A stretch of DNA of 64,000 bases, from positions 7,634 to 71,633 of the forward strand of contig VBLZ01000097.1 in NCBI GenBank assembly GCA_005878515.1, given 5' to 3'. Both the position numbers and the translations under genes were made by a program. The DNA comes from Methanobacteriota archaeon (GTDB taxonomy: Archaea > Thermoplasmatota > Thermoplasmata > RBG-16-68-12). The notes below the pieces were generated by a model that saw only the letters and a program-made list of their open reading frames with translations, made no database searches and was not told where the DNA came from. Positions within the stretch are counted from its first letter, which is position 1. Every line of letters begins with the position of its first letter. Positions 48,109 through 58,128 of the stretch are shown piece after piece.

Positions 48109-49268
48109 GTGTAGCGCTCCAGGAGCGTCTTCAGTTCCTCGAAGACGACCTTCTGCCGGGATAGGCTTGGCAAGTAGTACGCCCCTTTCCCCGAGGGCGT
48201 CGCGACCGTGCCGAATCGGTGCTCGAGCAACGTGACCTCGAGGCATGTGTCCGCGAGGACGCGACCGCCGTGGCGCTCGATGGTCCCGACGGCATCCGGA
48301 TTCGCATCGCGCACGACCCGACTCGTGAAGACCCAGACCGGGATCCGAGGCGGCGTGCGGTCGACGAGCCGCGCGACTTCTCGCAGTTCGTCCGCAGAGA
48401 GTTGCGGGGACCCGAGGCCGATCATGTCGGCCTCCGTCCCGTCGGTGTGCGCCCGTTTCGCTGCAGCCAAATCTCGATCGGTAATCGCAATTGACTTCAG
48501 GCCCTTCACATGCGCGCGCCGGGACTCGGGCGTTACGCCTTCTAGGTGGAACATCGAACAGGCGCCGGAGGAGGCGAGGGCCGCGCCGAGCCATTTGAGG
48601 TCTCCCTCGGTCCCGCGGAAGCCGCGGAAGAATGGGAGGCCGTCGTCCACTCGCTCTCCGGCGACGAGTCCGATCAACGAGTAGTCGATGCCCCGCGGCT
48701 TCACGCCGACCTTCACGATCGCCGTGGGTTCTCGACCCTCGTCCGTGTGAAGTCCGTGTTCCGGCGTCGCTCCGACGATGGCGGCGGCGAGCGCCGCGGG
48801 ACCGCCCTCCCGGTTCGTACGAGCACCTAGGACCGAGTTCGCGAAACACACGGCACTCGATTCCGCCCAAGCGACGTGTTCACCGAAGGTCGGTCGGACG
48901 CCGATCAGATACGGAGTGCACGAGAACGAGCGACGGACTCCCATCGCCTCGTAGGCGCTCGCAATGCGTCCTTGCTTCTCCGCGAACGATGGCGGGACGC
49001 CGAGCGCCTGCCACTGCGCGAGATCCGTCCCGAGCGGATTGACGGTCGTCGGCACCGAGACCCGCGCGTCCCGCGCGAAATCCTCCAGGAACTCGAGACC
49101 CGGATCCCCGATCAACTTGTACGAGACGCCGGACACGTGCGCGGAGGTGATCGGGATGAGACGCGGTGCGTCGGCGAGACGGCCCACCGCAAGCAAGATT
49201 TGCATCGCCTTGCGCTGGGACTCCGTGCCATCGTCCAGCAGATGCATCTGCGTCCGTGTGAGGCGCAT
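48105..49268 (-). CDS. Aconitase X large subunit (phosphomevalonate dehydratase large subunit)
   Basis: SAHVSGVSY, SCTPY, WAESSA..ANSVLGARTNREGGP, DTC, SGKGAYY. Confidence 0.92.
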   Translation of the reverse strand: MRLTRTQMHLLDDGTESQRKAMQILLAVGRLADAPRLIPITSAHVSGVSYKLIGDPGLEFLEDFARDARVSVPTTVNPLGTDLAQWQALGVPPSFAEKQGRIASAYEAMGVRRSFSCTPYLIGVRPTFGEHVAWAESSAVCFANSVLGARTNREGGPAALAAAIVGATPEHGLHTDEGREPTAIVKVGVKPRGIDYSLIGLVAGERVDDGLPFFRGFRGTEGDLKWLGAALASSGACSMFHLEGVTPESRRAHVKGLKSIAITDRDLAAAKRAHTDGTEADMIGLGSPQLSADELREVARLVDRTPPRIPVWVFTSRVVRDANPDAVGTIERHGGRVLADTCLEVTLLEHRFGTVATPSGKGAYYLPSLSRQKVVFEELKTLLERYT

Positions 49269-49703
49269 TCACGGCGCCTCCGCGAGGATCGCGTGGGCGA
49301 CCCGCCGGGCCTCCGCCGGCTTCGCGGGGTAGGCGATCAGCTTCAACCGGATGTCGATCGGATCCGAATCGCCCGCGAGCTCAAGACGCTCCCGGAATGC
49401 GGCCTGCTTGTCGAAGCGAAAGTGGAGGACGCCATCCTCGTCGAGGCGCGCTTCGATGTCGCGTGCGATCGCCGAGGGGACGCCGGCCGCGGCCCAGTGC
49501 GACCAGACCGCCCGGATGGCGGGTCGCTTCTCGACGCGGCGAGTGAGTCGGACCAGGGGATTCCCGAAGTGGCCCTCCAGCTGCTCCCGAGAGGCTACGC
49601 CTTCGGGGACCGCGAGCGCGAGGGCGGTGGCCACCCTTTCCTCCTCTTCCGTCGCGTGACAATAGGTGCGAGCTTCGATCCGACGGATCGGGAGGTCAGC
49701 CAT
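49269..49703 (-). CDS. Archaeal RNA-binding protein (COG1325-like)
   Basis: YCHATEEEERV, GHFGNP, FRFDKQAA. Confidence 0.85.
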   Translation of the reverse strand: MADLPIRRIEARTYCHATEEEERVATALALAVPEGVASREQLEGHFGNPLVRLTRRVEKRPAIRAVWSHWAAAGVPSAIARDIEARLDEDGVLHFRFDKQAAFRERLELAGDSDPIDIRLKLIAYPAKPAEARRVAHAILAEAP

Positions 49704-50232
49704 GGAGCCGCTCCAGGGCCACGCGCGCCTGCCTGCGGAATTCGTCCAACGTCGATTCGTTGACGAGCATGATGTCGGCCGTTGCGATGACCTCGCCGAG
49801 CCCCCAGCTCAGTTCGCGGAGGTCTCGCGCTCGAACTGCCTCGATGGTGATGGCGTCGTCAAGGCGCTTTCGTAGCAACATCCGCTCGTGCCGGGTCTTC
49901 GGGGATGCGTGGACCGCGAGGACCACGAGCGCCTCTCCGAAGGCCTTGCGAAACACATCGAGCTCCGCCCCTCCGCGCAGTCCGTCCACGACGACTCGGT
50001 CTCCGTGGATTCGCGGCAGCGTCCGTTCGGCCCAGATTCCGAATCCGTGGGCTTCTCGCTCGGCAGTGGCCATCCCGCCCACCGCGCCATCGGTAATCGG
50101 AAGGCCCCGACGTTGGGCTTCTTCCCGAACTACATCGCCCATTCGGACGATTGAGAAGCCGAGATTCTTCGCCACGGCGAGGACCTCCTCCTTGCCGCAT
50201 CCGGGCATTCCCGTGACGCAGACGACTCGCAC
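49696..50232 (-). CDS. P-loop kinase (dephospho-CoA/NMP kinase-like, COG0237)
   Basis: VTGMPGCGK, MGDVVREE, VVDGLR, RDLRELSWG. Confidence 0.88.
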   Translation of the reverse strand: MRVVCVTGMPGCGKEEVLAVAKNLGFSIVRMGDVVREEAQRRGLPITDGAVGGMATAEREAHGFGIWAERTLPRIHGDRVVVDGLRGGAELDVFRKAFGEALVVLAVHASPKTRHERMLLRKRLDDAITIEAVRARDLRELSWGLGEVIATADIMLVNESTLDEFRRQARVALERLHG

Positions 50233-50388
50233 GGGATGCGAGGAAAGAGAGGGTTCACTTAAGCGTTTCCCGCCGCCACCGCCGTTTCCCTCGGGGCACG
50301 CAAATCCGGAGTGAGGCGAGTCGTTCACGAACCTCGCCACGCAAAATAGAAATACCCACGGACCGTAAGCTCGCACCGGAGGAATACC

Positions 50389-51408
50389 ATCCCCCTCGAC
50401 CTCGACCTGACCCGGATGCGATTCGGCACCGAGCTGCTCAAGCGCGGCTTCGCGAAGATGCAGAAGGGCGGCGTCGTGATGGACGTCACGAACGCCGAGC
50501 AGGCCGCGATTGCCGAGGAAGCAGGCTCCGTCGCGGTGATGGCCCTCGAGCGGGTGCCCGCGGACATCCGAGCGGCCGGTGGCGTCGCGCGGATGGCGGA
50601 CCCGGTCAAGATCCAGGAGATCATGGACTCCGTCACGGTCCCGGTCATGGCGAAGTGCCGCATCGGGCACGAGGCCGAGGCGCGGGCCCTCGAGTCGATG
50701 GGCGTCGACATGATCGACGAGTCCGAGGTCCTCACCCCGGCCGACCCGTTCTTCCACGTCAACAAGAGGGGATTCAGCGTCCCGTTCGTGTGCGGGTGCC
50801 GGAACCTCGGCGAGGCCGTCCGGCGGGTCTGGGAAGGCGCCGCGATGATCCGCACGAAAGGGGAGGCCGGCACCGGGGACATCATCGAGGCCGTCCGCCA
50901 TGTCCGGCTCGTGAACGGAGCGATCAGGGAGCTGACGAGCAAGAACAAGGAACAGGTCTACCTGATCGCCACGAAGTTCGCGGACAATTACACGGTCCTC
51001 CTCAAGGAGATTCGCACCGCGCACGGCGAGCCCGCCTCGGTCTCGGAAGCCGACGTCGTCTTCGCGAACGAGAACCTGGACACGATCACGGAAGGCCTGT
51101 TTCAGATCCTCACCGAGGTCAAGAAGATCCAGCGGCTCCCGGTCGTCAACTTTGCGGCAGGAGGGGTCGCGACGCCGGCCGATGCCGCGCTGATGATGCT
51201 CATGGGCTGCGACGGGGTCTTCGTCGGGTCCGGGATCTTCAAGTCCGAGAATCCGGAGGGCCGGGGCCGTGCAATCGTCGACGCCGTCGCCCACTTCGAC
51301 GATCCATCGACCGTCGCGGAGGTCTCGAAGGGAATCGGCCTCGCGATGAAAGGCATGGACGCTAAGGCGCTGCCGATCGAGGCGCGATTGCAAGACCGCG
51401 GCTGGTGA
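50389..51408 (+). CDS. pdxS: Pyridoxal 5'-phosphate synthase lyase subunit (first ATG at 50416; possible ATC start at 50389)
   Basis: [52 protein letters not shown]. Confidence 0.96.
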   Translation: MPLDLDLTRMRFGTELLKRGFAKMQKGGVVMDVTNAEQAAIAEEAGSVAVMALERVPADIRAAGGVARMADPVKIQEIMDSVTVPVMAKCRIGHEAEARALESMGVDMIDESEVLTPADPFFHVNKRGFSVPFVCGCRNLGEAVRRVWEGAAMIRTKGEAGTGDIIEAVRHVRLVNGAIRELTSKNKEQVYLIATKFADNYTVLLKEIRTAHGEPASVSEADVVFANENLDTITEGLFQILTEVKKIQRLPVVNFAAGGVATPADAALMMLMGCDGVFVGSGIFKSENPEGRGRAIVDAVAHFDDPSTVAEVSKGIGLAMKGMDAKALPIEARLQDRGW

Positions 51409-52360
51409 CCTGCCCCAGAAGCAGATCCAGTACCTCGGCCACACCCGCGCCGGTCATCGCCGACACCCGAATCTCATCGGAAGGAGCGCCGTCGAGGTCA
51501 CTCTTCGTCGCGGCGATGATGAGAGGCACACCCGGGAACAGCGTTCGGACTTCCTCGAGGAGCCGACGTTGGTCCTCGAGTGGATACCCGCAGGTCTCGG
51601 TGGGGTCCAGGAGGAAGAGCACTCCGTTCGCGAGATGCGCGAGGGCCGCGATCGCTTGGCGTTCCATCTTGTTCCTCTGGTCCATCGGCCGGTCGAGCAG
51701 CCCGGGCGTGTCGAGAATCTGGTACCGATGCACGCCGCGGTCGAAGTGGCCGAGCGACACGCCTTTCGTCGTGAACGGGTAATCCGCGACCTTCGGACGA
51801 CCGGTTGAGGCCGCGCGGACGAACGAGCTCTTGCCGACGTTCGGATAGCCTGCGACTACGATCGTCGGGATCGATGGGTCGACCTCGGGGACGCGCCGTA
51901 GGGCCTTGCGAGCGTCGACCAACCCCTCGAGGTCGGGGGCGATCTGCTTGACGACGGAGGAGAAGCGGCCGTACGCCTCCCGCCGCAACTCGGAGATCGA
52001 GCCGCCCGTAGCTCGACCGATCCGGCCTCGATACAGACGGGTGATCTCACGGACCTTGTCGGCGCCCCAGTCCAGGGCCCCGAGGTGCTTCTTCAGCCGA
52101 CCCAAGTCCACGAGGACGTCGACGAGTTCGCGGTAGAACGGAGGCAGGCGGTCCAAGCTCGGGAAGCCTTTCACGTATCCGCGCAGCGTGGACTCGATCG
52201 TCTGCCCCGCGCCGCGCACCCGAGCGACCGCGAGGTTCCTCGCCCGCGCGATCCGGTCCGGCCCCGTGGCGGTCGCCTTCGCGGCCCGTCCGAACGCCTT
52301 GTCCAGGAGCGACTCGGCCGTCAGGATCGAGGGCAGCTCGAACACGGCCGCTCGAATCAC
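51362..52360 (-). CDS. NOG1-family GTPase
   Basis: [36 protein letters not shown]. Confidence 0.93.
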   Translation of the reverse strand: MIRAAVFELPSILTAESLLDKAFGRAAKATATGPDRIARARNLAVARVRGAGQTIESTLRGYVKGFPSLDRLPPFYRELVDVLVDLGRLKKHLGALDWGADKVREITRLYRGRIGRATGGSISELRREAYGRFSSVVKQIAPDLEGLVDARKALRRVPEVDPSIPTIVVAGYPNVGKSSFVRAASTGRPKVADYPFTTKGVSLGHFDRGVHRYQILDTPGLLDRPMDQRNKMERQAIAALAHLANGVLFLLDPTETCGYPLEDQRRLLEEVRTLFPGVPLIIAATKSDLDGAPSDEIRVSAMTGAGVAEVLDLLLGQVTSRGLAIAPRSAAP

Positions 52361-52384
52361 GCACGCGGGATAAGCCTGTGGGTC

Positions 52385-52903
52385 TCACAGATGGATGAGG
52401 TTCGCGCCGATGACGAACGCCACCGACAGGATGGCGACGCGATTGACGGCCGCAAGGAAGTTCGCGATCAGGAACATGTTCTGCTCCAGCGCTTTCCCTT
52501 CTTCGTTGAAGAGCGAGTACACGTAGATCGGGATCGTGTCGCTCATCATCGGGACGCTCAGGAGCAAGTACAAGCCGGTATACCCGGTCTTGCCGACGAG
52601 CCGTTCGGCCCTCGCGACGAACCATCGCGCGAGGCTCCAGCGATCCGACCACTTGCGGACGGAGCCCTCGAGGTTGAGCCCGAGCCAGAAGATCAGCCAC
52701 GCGCCGACCGTCTTGCCGGCCGCGATGGCGATCGCGATGCTTGTCAGGTAGCCCCAATTGCGCTCGATCAGGGGTGCGAGGAGGGCGATCTCGATCGGGA
52801 TTGGCAGGACGAGCGCGACGAGGACCGCGTAGGTGAACGCGATGAGCAGGTACAACCAGGGCGTGTGGTACGCGTCGGTGAGGATCTGAAGGAGGTCCAC
52901 CAC
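52385..52903 (-). CDS. DedA/VTT-like membrane protein
   Basis: LVLPIPIE, GKTVGA, LLSVPMMSDT; hydrophobic. Confidence 0.7.
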   Translation of the reverse strand: MVDLLQILTDAYHTPWLYLLIAFTYAVLVALVLPIPIEIALLAPLIERNWGYLTSIAIAIAAGKTVGAWLIFWLGLNLEGSVRKWSDRWSLARWFVARAERLVGKTGYTGLYLLLSVPMMSDTIPIYVYSLFNEEGKALEQNMFLIANFLAAVNRVAILSVAFVIGANLIHL

Positions 52904-52957
52904 GGCCGTCAGCGTCGTATCTGATGCGGGTAATAAAAGGCGCCGCCGTGGATTCCG

Positions 52958-53896
52958 TCAGGGCGAAATCGGATGGAGCGCGCCGTCCTGTGTGAGCAGG
53001 ACCACGCGACTGTCCTCGCGCTCGGCCGCGATTTGATAGCCGACGCGATCCGCGAGGCGCTCCGCGAAAGTCCGGATCGACGCGTGGCTCGGCACGTTCT
53101 CCGCTTGGAGTCGGAGCCGGCTCTCACCGACGAAGCTGTAGCCCTTGCACTCGATGAACATCGGCTTCCCCAGCCGGTCGAGTTCCGCGTACTCGTCCTC
53201 CCAGCCGAGGTTCCAGCCTTCCACGAGCGTATGCCGGACGACGGTCCGGGTCGGCAATGTCGGCAAGAGTGCGAGGGTCTCCTTCAGCTTGCGCCACTCG
53301 TTGTCGGACTTTGCCGCGACGAGCCTTCGGTAGATCTCCGCGGTCGGGGCCGCGACGGTCACGTACAGCTGCGTCGGGAGTCGGCCCTCCGCGTGCATCC
53401 GCCGGAGGACGGCGGGCGTGGTCCCGTTCGTCACGAGGAACGTCGACATCTTGCGTCGCTTGAATTCGTCGATCATCTCGCCGAGTCGTTTGTACAACGT
53501 CGGTTCCCCGGTCAGGCTGATCGCGACGTTCGTCGGGTGCCACGCCTCCATGAACCGCTCGCGGGTCACGTTCGGGTTCCCCTTGTATCCGGTGAGGAGC
53601 TCCCGTTGCGCGCGGATGGACTCGTCCACGATGAACGCCGGGTCGTCCGCGGCCAGGAGGGAGTTCGAGCCCCATTCTTGGGTGCGCCAGCAGAATTGGC
53701 AGGCCAAGTTGCACGCATCGACCGCGGGCGTCATCTGGAGACATCGGTGGCTCTCGATGCCGTAGAAGGTCTGCTTGTAGCAGCCGATGCCTTTCGTCAA
53801 ACTCGCCTTCGTCCAGTGGCACAACTTCACGCCGCTGTGCTCGCCGACGATGCGGTACCCTTGGCGCTCGAGGACCTCTTGTTTCTGGGGGTCCAT
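52958..53896 (-). CDS. taw1: 4-demethylwyosine synthase (radical SAM)
   Basis: VKLCHW, CYKQTFYGIESHRC, CNLACQFCWR, ISLTGEPTLY. Confidence 0.96.
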   Translation of the reverse strand: MDPQKQEVLERQGYRIVGEHSGVKLCHWTKASLTKGIGCYKQTFYGIESHRCLQMTPAVDACNLACQFCWRTQEWGSNSLLAADDPAFIVDESIRAQRELLTGYKGNPNVTRERFMEAWHPTNVAISLTGEPTLYKRLGEMIDEFKRRKMSTFLVTNGTTPAVLRRMHAEGRLPTQLYVTVAAPTAEIYRRLVAAKSDNEWRKLKETLALLPTLPTRTVVRHTLVEGWNLGWEDEYAELDRLGKPMFIECKGYSFVGESRLRLQAENVPSHASIRTFAERLADRVGYQIAAEREDSRVVLLTQDGALHPISP

Positions 53897-53921
53897 TTCG
53901 TCGGGGCATGACGCAGGCGGG

Positions 53922-54479
53922 TTAAAGGGCTTTCGCGACGCGGGTTCTCACGAAATCCGCGCGTGCCGGAGGAGACGATCGCAGTGCGAGCAGCTCGATG
54001 TCGCCCGGATGGAACGTCACGGCGTGGAACGCACCGCGCTTCGCCTCAACCGCCTCGAGCCGATCGAGATTGGCGGAGAACACGAGGTCTCGGACTCTGT
54101 GCGTGATGCCTCCATGTCGGAATGGCGTTGCGATGTTCGTTGCGAAGACCGCCTCGATCCACGCCTGGTCCACGCCCGAGACGCGCCGGAACATCCACCA
54201 TGGGTCGTAGTGCACAAGCTTGGCGAGCTCATCGAGGGGAACCGATTCGATCCGGCGAAGGTCGCTTGTGCCGAGCGGGGTGCGAAATCGATATTGATCG
54301 ACTCGAATCGGAACCTCGAGGACGCACGGTGGGCCCATGGACAGGTCCACAACGATGAAAGGCACCCGCCATCTCCGGTCGATGAACGGGAACACATAGT
54401 TGGCCGCCCGCTCGGTGTCGGCGAAGGCGATCCGGCGGTCGAGTAGCCCGCGTTGTCGGACTCCCGCGTCAGCCTGCAT
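53922..54479 (-). CDS. Hypothetical protein
   Basis: ORF between rfcL and taw1 with globular composition; start uncertain. Confidence 0.55.
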   Translation of the reverse strand: MQADAGVRQRGLLDRRIAFADTERAANYVFPFIDRRWRVPFIVVDLSMGPPCVLEVPIRVDQYRFRTPLGTSDLRRIESVPLDELAKLVHYDPWWMFRRVSGVDQAWIEAVFATNIATPFRHGGITHRVRDLVFSANLDRLEAVEAKRGAFHAVTFHPGDIELLALRSSPPARADFVRTRVAKAL

Positions 54480-55839
54480 CGTCCTCTTCACCGAAGGAGG
54501 AGAGCCGGCCGCTTCCCGACTCACGTCCCGGGAGGCCCTTGATCTTCGCCGCTTTCTCCAGCAGATGCTTCACGGCGTGGCTCGTCTCGGACTCCCCGAG
54601 GAGGAATGCGACCTCCCGCTCGTCCAACGCGAGCTCTGCCGTGAGCTGGATTCGCAACTCCTCGTCGCCGGCATAGAGCATCCGGATGGTCGGGAGGAGG
54701 TCGGTGCGCACGGTGGACTGCGAGACGTGTAGGGCCTGGGCCAGTTTCTTTGCGACGGAGTTCCGGGCGCCTCGTTGCGCGCGCGAGCGCGACATCTGGA
54801 TTAGGTAGTACGGGAACTCGAGTTGGCTCCCGCGGGCACGGCCTTTGCGGGCCACCGCGACGCCGCTCGACATCATCTCGCTCGCGTACGACCAGAGGCC
54901 GTACCGCTGCCGCCGTCGCGTCCGCCCGAGGTAGATGTCGGCTCGGCTCAGGGCCTCGTACCCGCGGACGAGGTCGTCCGGTCGGCCGTATTCGTGACCG
55001 AGGTTCTGGTCCACCCAGAGGATGAGATCCTCCGGGGACTCGTCCAGCTCCCGGACCGCGTCGCGCGCTCGACGGGCATCGCCCGATCGCAAGATTTCCT
55101 CGAGGACCGGGAAGATCGTCCGTGCTCGGTCGCGATATCCGAGGGACCGGGTGGCTTCGGCCACAAGGGAGTGCTTGCCGACCGCGAGGGACTCGAGATC
55201 GTTGATGGCCGATCGCAAATCTCCCCCCGCCCGCTCGACGATCACCTCGAGGACGTCGTCGGCGACCTCGACCCCCTCCTTCGAAGCGATGGTTCGAAGT
55301 ATGTTTTTCATCGCGTCCTCGTGAACGCCTTGAAATTTAATGGTCTTGCATAATCGCTTGAGGGAGGACGACCGGCGCGTGAGCGCGTAGTAGTCGTTCG
55401 CGATCAGGACGACGGGCTGCCGGGTCTCCTGGATCATTTCGACGATCGCGCCGATCCCGCCCTTGTCTTCGCGGCCGAAGACATTGTCCGCCTCGTCCAG
55501 GATGATCAGCTTGCGGCCTCCTTCGCGGGACCGAACGAACTCGCCCGTCTCCGTGAACGTCTGGAGGACGGCCCCGCGGGTGGCCACTTTGCGGATCGCC
55601 TCCGAGTTGCGGCTGTCCGAGGCGTTCATCTCGATCGCGCTCCACTCCATCTCGTTGGCGAGCGCGAGGGCCGCGCTGGTCTTGCCGATCCCGGGGTCTC
55701 CCTGGAGGATGACCGCCCGCTTGTCCGGCCGACCCTTGTCCCAGGCCGCGGCCCACTTTCGCAATTCGGCGACCGCGGTGGGATTCCCGACGATGTCCTC
55801 GAGGGTCTTGGGCCGGTACTTCTCCGCCCAACCCGTCAT
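54469..55839 (-). CDS. rfcL: Replication factor C large subunit
   Basis: WAEKYRP, GDPGIGKT, EMNASD, LDEAD, GDLRSAINDL; C-terminal PIP-like RLSSF. Confidence 0.95.
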   Translation of the reverse strand: MTGWAEKYRPKTLEDIVGNPTAVAELRKWAAAWDKGRPDKRAVILQGDPGIGKTSAALALANEMEWSAIEMNASDSRNSEAIRKVATRGAVLQTFTETGEFVRSREGGRKLIILDEADNVFGREDKGGIGAIVEMIQETRQPVVLIANDYYALTRRSSSLKRLCKTIKFQGVHEDAMKNILRTIASKEGVEVADDVLEVIVERAGGDLRSAINDLESLAVGKHSLVAEATRSLGYRDRARTIFPVLEEILRSGDARRARDAVRELDESPEDLILWVDQNLGHEYGRPDDLVRGYEALSRADIYLGRTRRRQRYGLWSYASEMMSSGVAVARKGRARGSQLEFPYYLIQMSRSRAQRGARNSVAKKLAQALHVSQSTVRTDLLPTIRMLYAGDEELRIQLTAELALDEREVAFLLGESETSHAVKHLLEKAAKIKGLPGRESGSGRLSSFGEEDDAG

Positions 55840-55928
55840 GTCGCGTCCCGCGAAAGGGGGCGAACGGTCATAATCCTATCAGCGGGAGCGGCGAAACGGC
55901 CGAAATCGGACGCAGCTAGGTTTTGTTT

Positions 55929-55962
55929 AGCTGTTACGTGACCATATTAGAAAATATACGTG
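55929..55962 (+). repeat. Left flank motif AGCTGTTACGT-N13-AATATACGTG
   Basis: Both half-motifs recur in inverted orientation at 58129-58151. Confidence 0.55.
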
Positions 55963-55972
55963 GCAGCTTGAC

Positions 55973-56125
55973 TCAGCCCGGACCGCCCTTTTCGGATCGT
56001 TCGTACGCGTCGCACAGCTCTTGGAGAAACTCATCGTACGTCCTTCGGAACTTCAGGCGGTACAACCGATCTCGAGTCTGCGTCGTGAGTTGGATCGTGG
56101 TAAGGTCCTTGACACGTTTTGCCAC
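55973..56125 (-). CDS. Small ribbon-helix-helix-like DNA-binding protein (50 aa, not in ORF track)
   Basis: GAGGAG SD + GTG; MAKRVKDLTTIQLTTQTRDRLYRLKFRRTYDEFLQELCDAYERSEKGGPG resembles the archaeal TTIQ...RL..LK..TYDE RHH pattern. Confidence 0.8.
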   Translation of the reverse strand: MAKRVKDLTTIQLTTQTRDRLYRLKFRRTYDEFLQELCDAYERSEKGGPG

Positions 56126-56140
56126 GGTGATCTCCTCGCA

Positions 56141-56172
56141 CCATAGTCCTATGTGTGCAATTAGTACTATGG
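56141..56172. promoter_or_regulatory. Inverted repeat upstream of the RHH gene (candidate operator)
   Basis: CCATAGTCCTA-N10-TAGTACTATGG, 1 mismatch in 11. Confidence 0.55.
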
Positions 56173-56328
56173 GTTGTCAAACCGAAATGCCCACGGTCCC
56201 CATAGCTCCTCGGATTACCGAACGTATACGGATAGAGGTGGCCGGAGGCAGCCAACTCACCCGTTTCCCCCGGATTCTCGACCGCGTACTGTTAGCACGG
56301 AGAACAGACGCAACCTCGGCATCGGGAA

Positions 56329-57057
56329 CTACTCGCGGTAGTCCTCAAGTCGGAGCTGCGGCGGATCGGCCTTCCGTTGGTCGGGCCTTCGAATCCGGCG
56401 TTGCATCTCGTTCTGCACGCGATTGAACGTGTCGATCTCGATGAGTGGCTCATGCTTTCCGCGCTTGATGCCCCCGTTCAGACGGGCGAGGCCGCAGTAG
56501 ACCGGGTTGCTCAAGATGTTCGCGATCGTCTGGCTCGCCCAAGCCCGGCCGGTCTTCGTCCGATACCCGTCCCGGTTGAGCTCCTGGCAGATCTTGGCGA
56601 TCCCCTTGCCCTCGAGGTAGCGTCGGAAGATCAGGGAGACCACACGGGCCTCCTCCTTCTTCAGCTGGAGGATGCCGTCCACGTAGTCGTACCCGTATGG
56701 GCTCGCGTAGGTGAGGAATGCGTTCGCCTTCTTGACGGCGTTGTTCAGGGCTTCGACGCTTTGCAATCCTCGGGCCCGCCGCAGCACCTCGCGCTCGTTC
56801 AGATCCCGCTCCACGCAGAGCCTCCGGAGCGCCTCGTCCTCGGAATCCGAGGCGTAGTGCTGGAGCATCTCGCGGGTCGATCCGAATCGCATGTAGACTT
56901 CCCAGAAGAGGAGGGCGTCGCCTGGAGATCCGTCCACGCAATGCTTGCAAAGGAGGACCTTCTCCCTCCGGACGGTCGGATCCGCGCGGGGGTTCGCGTC
57001 GACCTCGTGGCTCACGAGGTTCTTCGTGCTCCAACACCGCTGACATCGGCCGTCCAT
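56329..57057 (-). CDS. HNH-like Zn finger + Recombinase DNA-binding domain protein, no catalytic resolvase domain
   Basis: CQRC...LVSHE...LLCKHC; PYGY...EEARVV..IF...ILSNPVYCG...HEPLI. Confidence 0.85.
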   Translation of the reverse strand: MDGRCQRCWSTKNLVSHEVDANPRADPTVRREKVLLCKHCVDGSPGDALLFWEVYMRFGSTREMLQHYASDSEDEALRRLCVERDLNEREVLRRARGLQSVEALNNAVKKANAFLTYASPYGYDYVDGILQLKKEEARVVSLIFRRYLEGKGIAKICQELNRDGYRTKTGRAWASQTIANILSNPVYCGLARLNGGIKRGKHEPLIEIDTFNRVQNEMQRRIRRPDQRKADPPQLRLEDYRE

Positions 57058-57060
57058 CCG

Positions 57061-57888
57061 TCACGCCTCCAGGAGGATCGGCGGGGCGTGCGCGGTGGTC
57101 AGGAGCGCGCGCGACCGCAGCCGCTCCTGCGCCTCGTTGAACGTTTCGACCGACACGAGGGGATCGTGATCGGCCTTCCGGACGATCCCATCCCACCGGA
57201 GGAAGCCGGCGTAGACCGGATTGTGGAGGATGCGGAAGACCTTGATCGGTGTCCACGACGTGCCGAGTTTCGTCCGCTGGCCGTGCGCGTTCAGTTCAAC
57301 GGCGGTCTCTTCGAGCGTCCGGCCACTCAGGCACAGGTCGAACATCTGTCGCACGACCTCGGCCTCAGCCTCGATCGGGACGAGCCGGCCTTCCGTGACG
57401 TCGTAACCGAGCGGCGGATGGAATCCCAGAATCCCGGGTCCGACCCGCGCCTTCTGGGTCATCCCCATCTTCACCCGCTCGCCGATCTGCTCCGACTCGA
57501 GCTGCGCAATCCGTTGAATGATGTCCATGACGAATCGGCCCATCGCGGTCGAGGTGTCCAGGGACTCCGATGCTGAAACGAAGTCCTTCCCCCATTCCTG
57601 AAGGTTCTCCATCATCTCCATGAAGTTCCGGGAGTTCCGGTGGATCCGGTCCATCTTGATGACCAGGAGGGCGTCCCATTCGTCCCGCTCCGACATCATC
57701 TTCTGGTACGCCGGACGGCGAATGTTTCGGCCGGAGTGACCTTCGTCGACGTACCGGGCCGCGACAGACCAGTCACGGGCGAGGCAATATGCCTCGAGGC
57801 GTTCGCGCTGCGCCTCCAGGGAGAAGCCTTCCTTGGCTTGGTCCTCCGTCGACACTCTAGTGTAGACCGCGACGCGGACCGTGCGCAC
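57061..57888 (-). CDS. Serine recombinase (catalytic + Recombinase domain, no C-terminal Zn-ribbon/coiled coil)
   Basis: YTRVSTEDQ, DEGHSG, RP, KMDRIHR, AQLESE; PLGY, ILHNPVYAG, HDPLVS. Confidence 0.93.
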   Translation of the reverse strand: MRTVRVAVYTRVSTEDQAKEGFSLEAQRERLEAYCLARDWSVAARYVDEGHSGRNIRRPAYQKMMSERDEWDALLVIKMDRIHRNSRNFMEMMENLQEWGKDFVSASESLDTSTAMGRFVMDIIQRIAQLESEQIGERVKMGMTQKARVGPGILGFHPPLGYDVTEGRLVPIEAEAEVVRQMFDLCLSGRTLEETAVELNAHGQRTKLGTSWTPIKVFRILHNPVYAGFLRWDGIVRKADHDPLVSVETFNEAQERLRSRALLTTAHAPPILLEA

Positions 57889-58128
57889 CCATCCCGACCC
57901 GCCGAAGGACGGTCAAACTAAAAAAGACTGCCGGTCGGACGAAAGTCTGACGCACTGATGTACGATAAACACCTCTCAAAGAAGGCAAGAGCCCGTCCGG
58001 CGAGGCCTAACTTTTATCTGTTTTGATGGATATTTATGGAATTCGATTTGGACTTCCATGCTATTCCGTCACACGGAAAACTGGAGAAACATTGGTTCGT
58101 AGAAAGGTATTGCTAGTAGCGTATTCGG

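Noticed and set aside
47317-48870. 517-aa ORF suggesting a larger fusion
   Set aside because: The upstream part overlaps the AcnX large subunit in another frame. The true start is 48108.
50980-51110. About 40-aa insertion in PdxS
   Set aside because: Long-form PdxS proteins are known in several euryarchaea, and there are no intein motifs.
51362-51408. 47-bp convergent overlap of pdxS and the NOG1 GTPase gene
   Set aside because: Short 3' overlaps are common in compact high-GC genomes.
49696-51444. 582-aa ORF ending in a kinase domain
   Set aside because: The N-terminal part is antisense to pdxS. The real gene starts at about 50232.
55923-56426. 167-aa plus-strand ORF, and 58023-58448
   Set aside because: No recognisable motifs. 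The first is antisense to the RHH gene and the second crosses non-coding DNA and hmgA.
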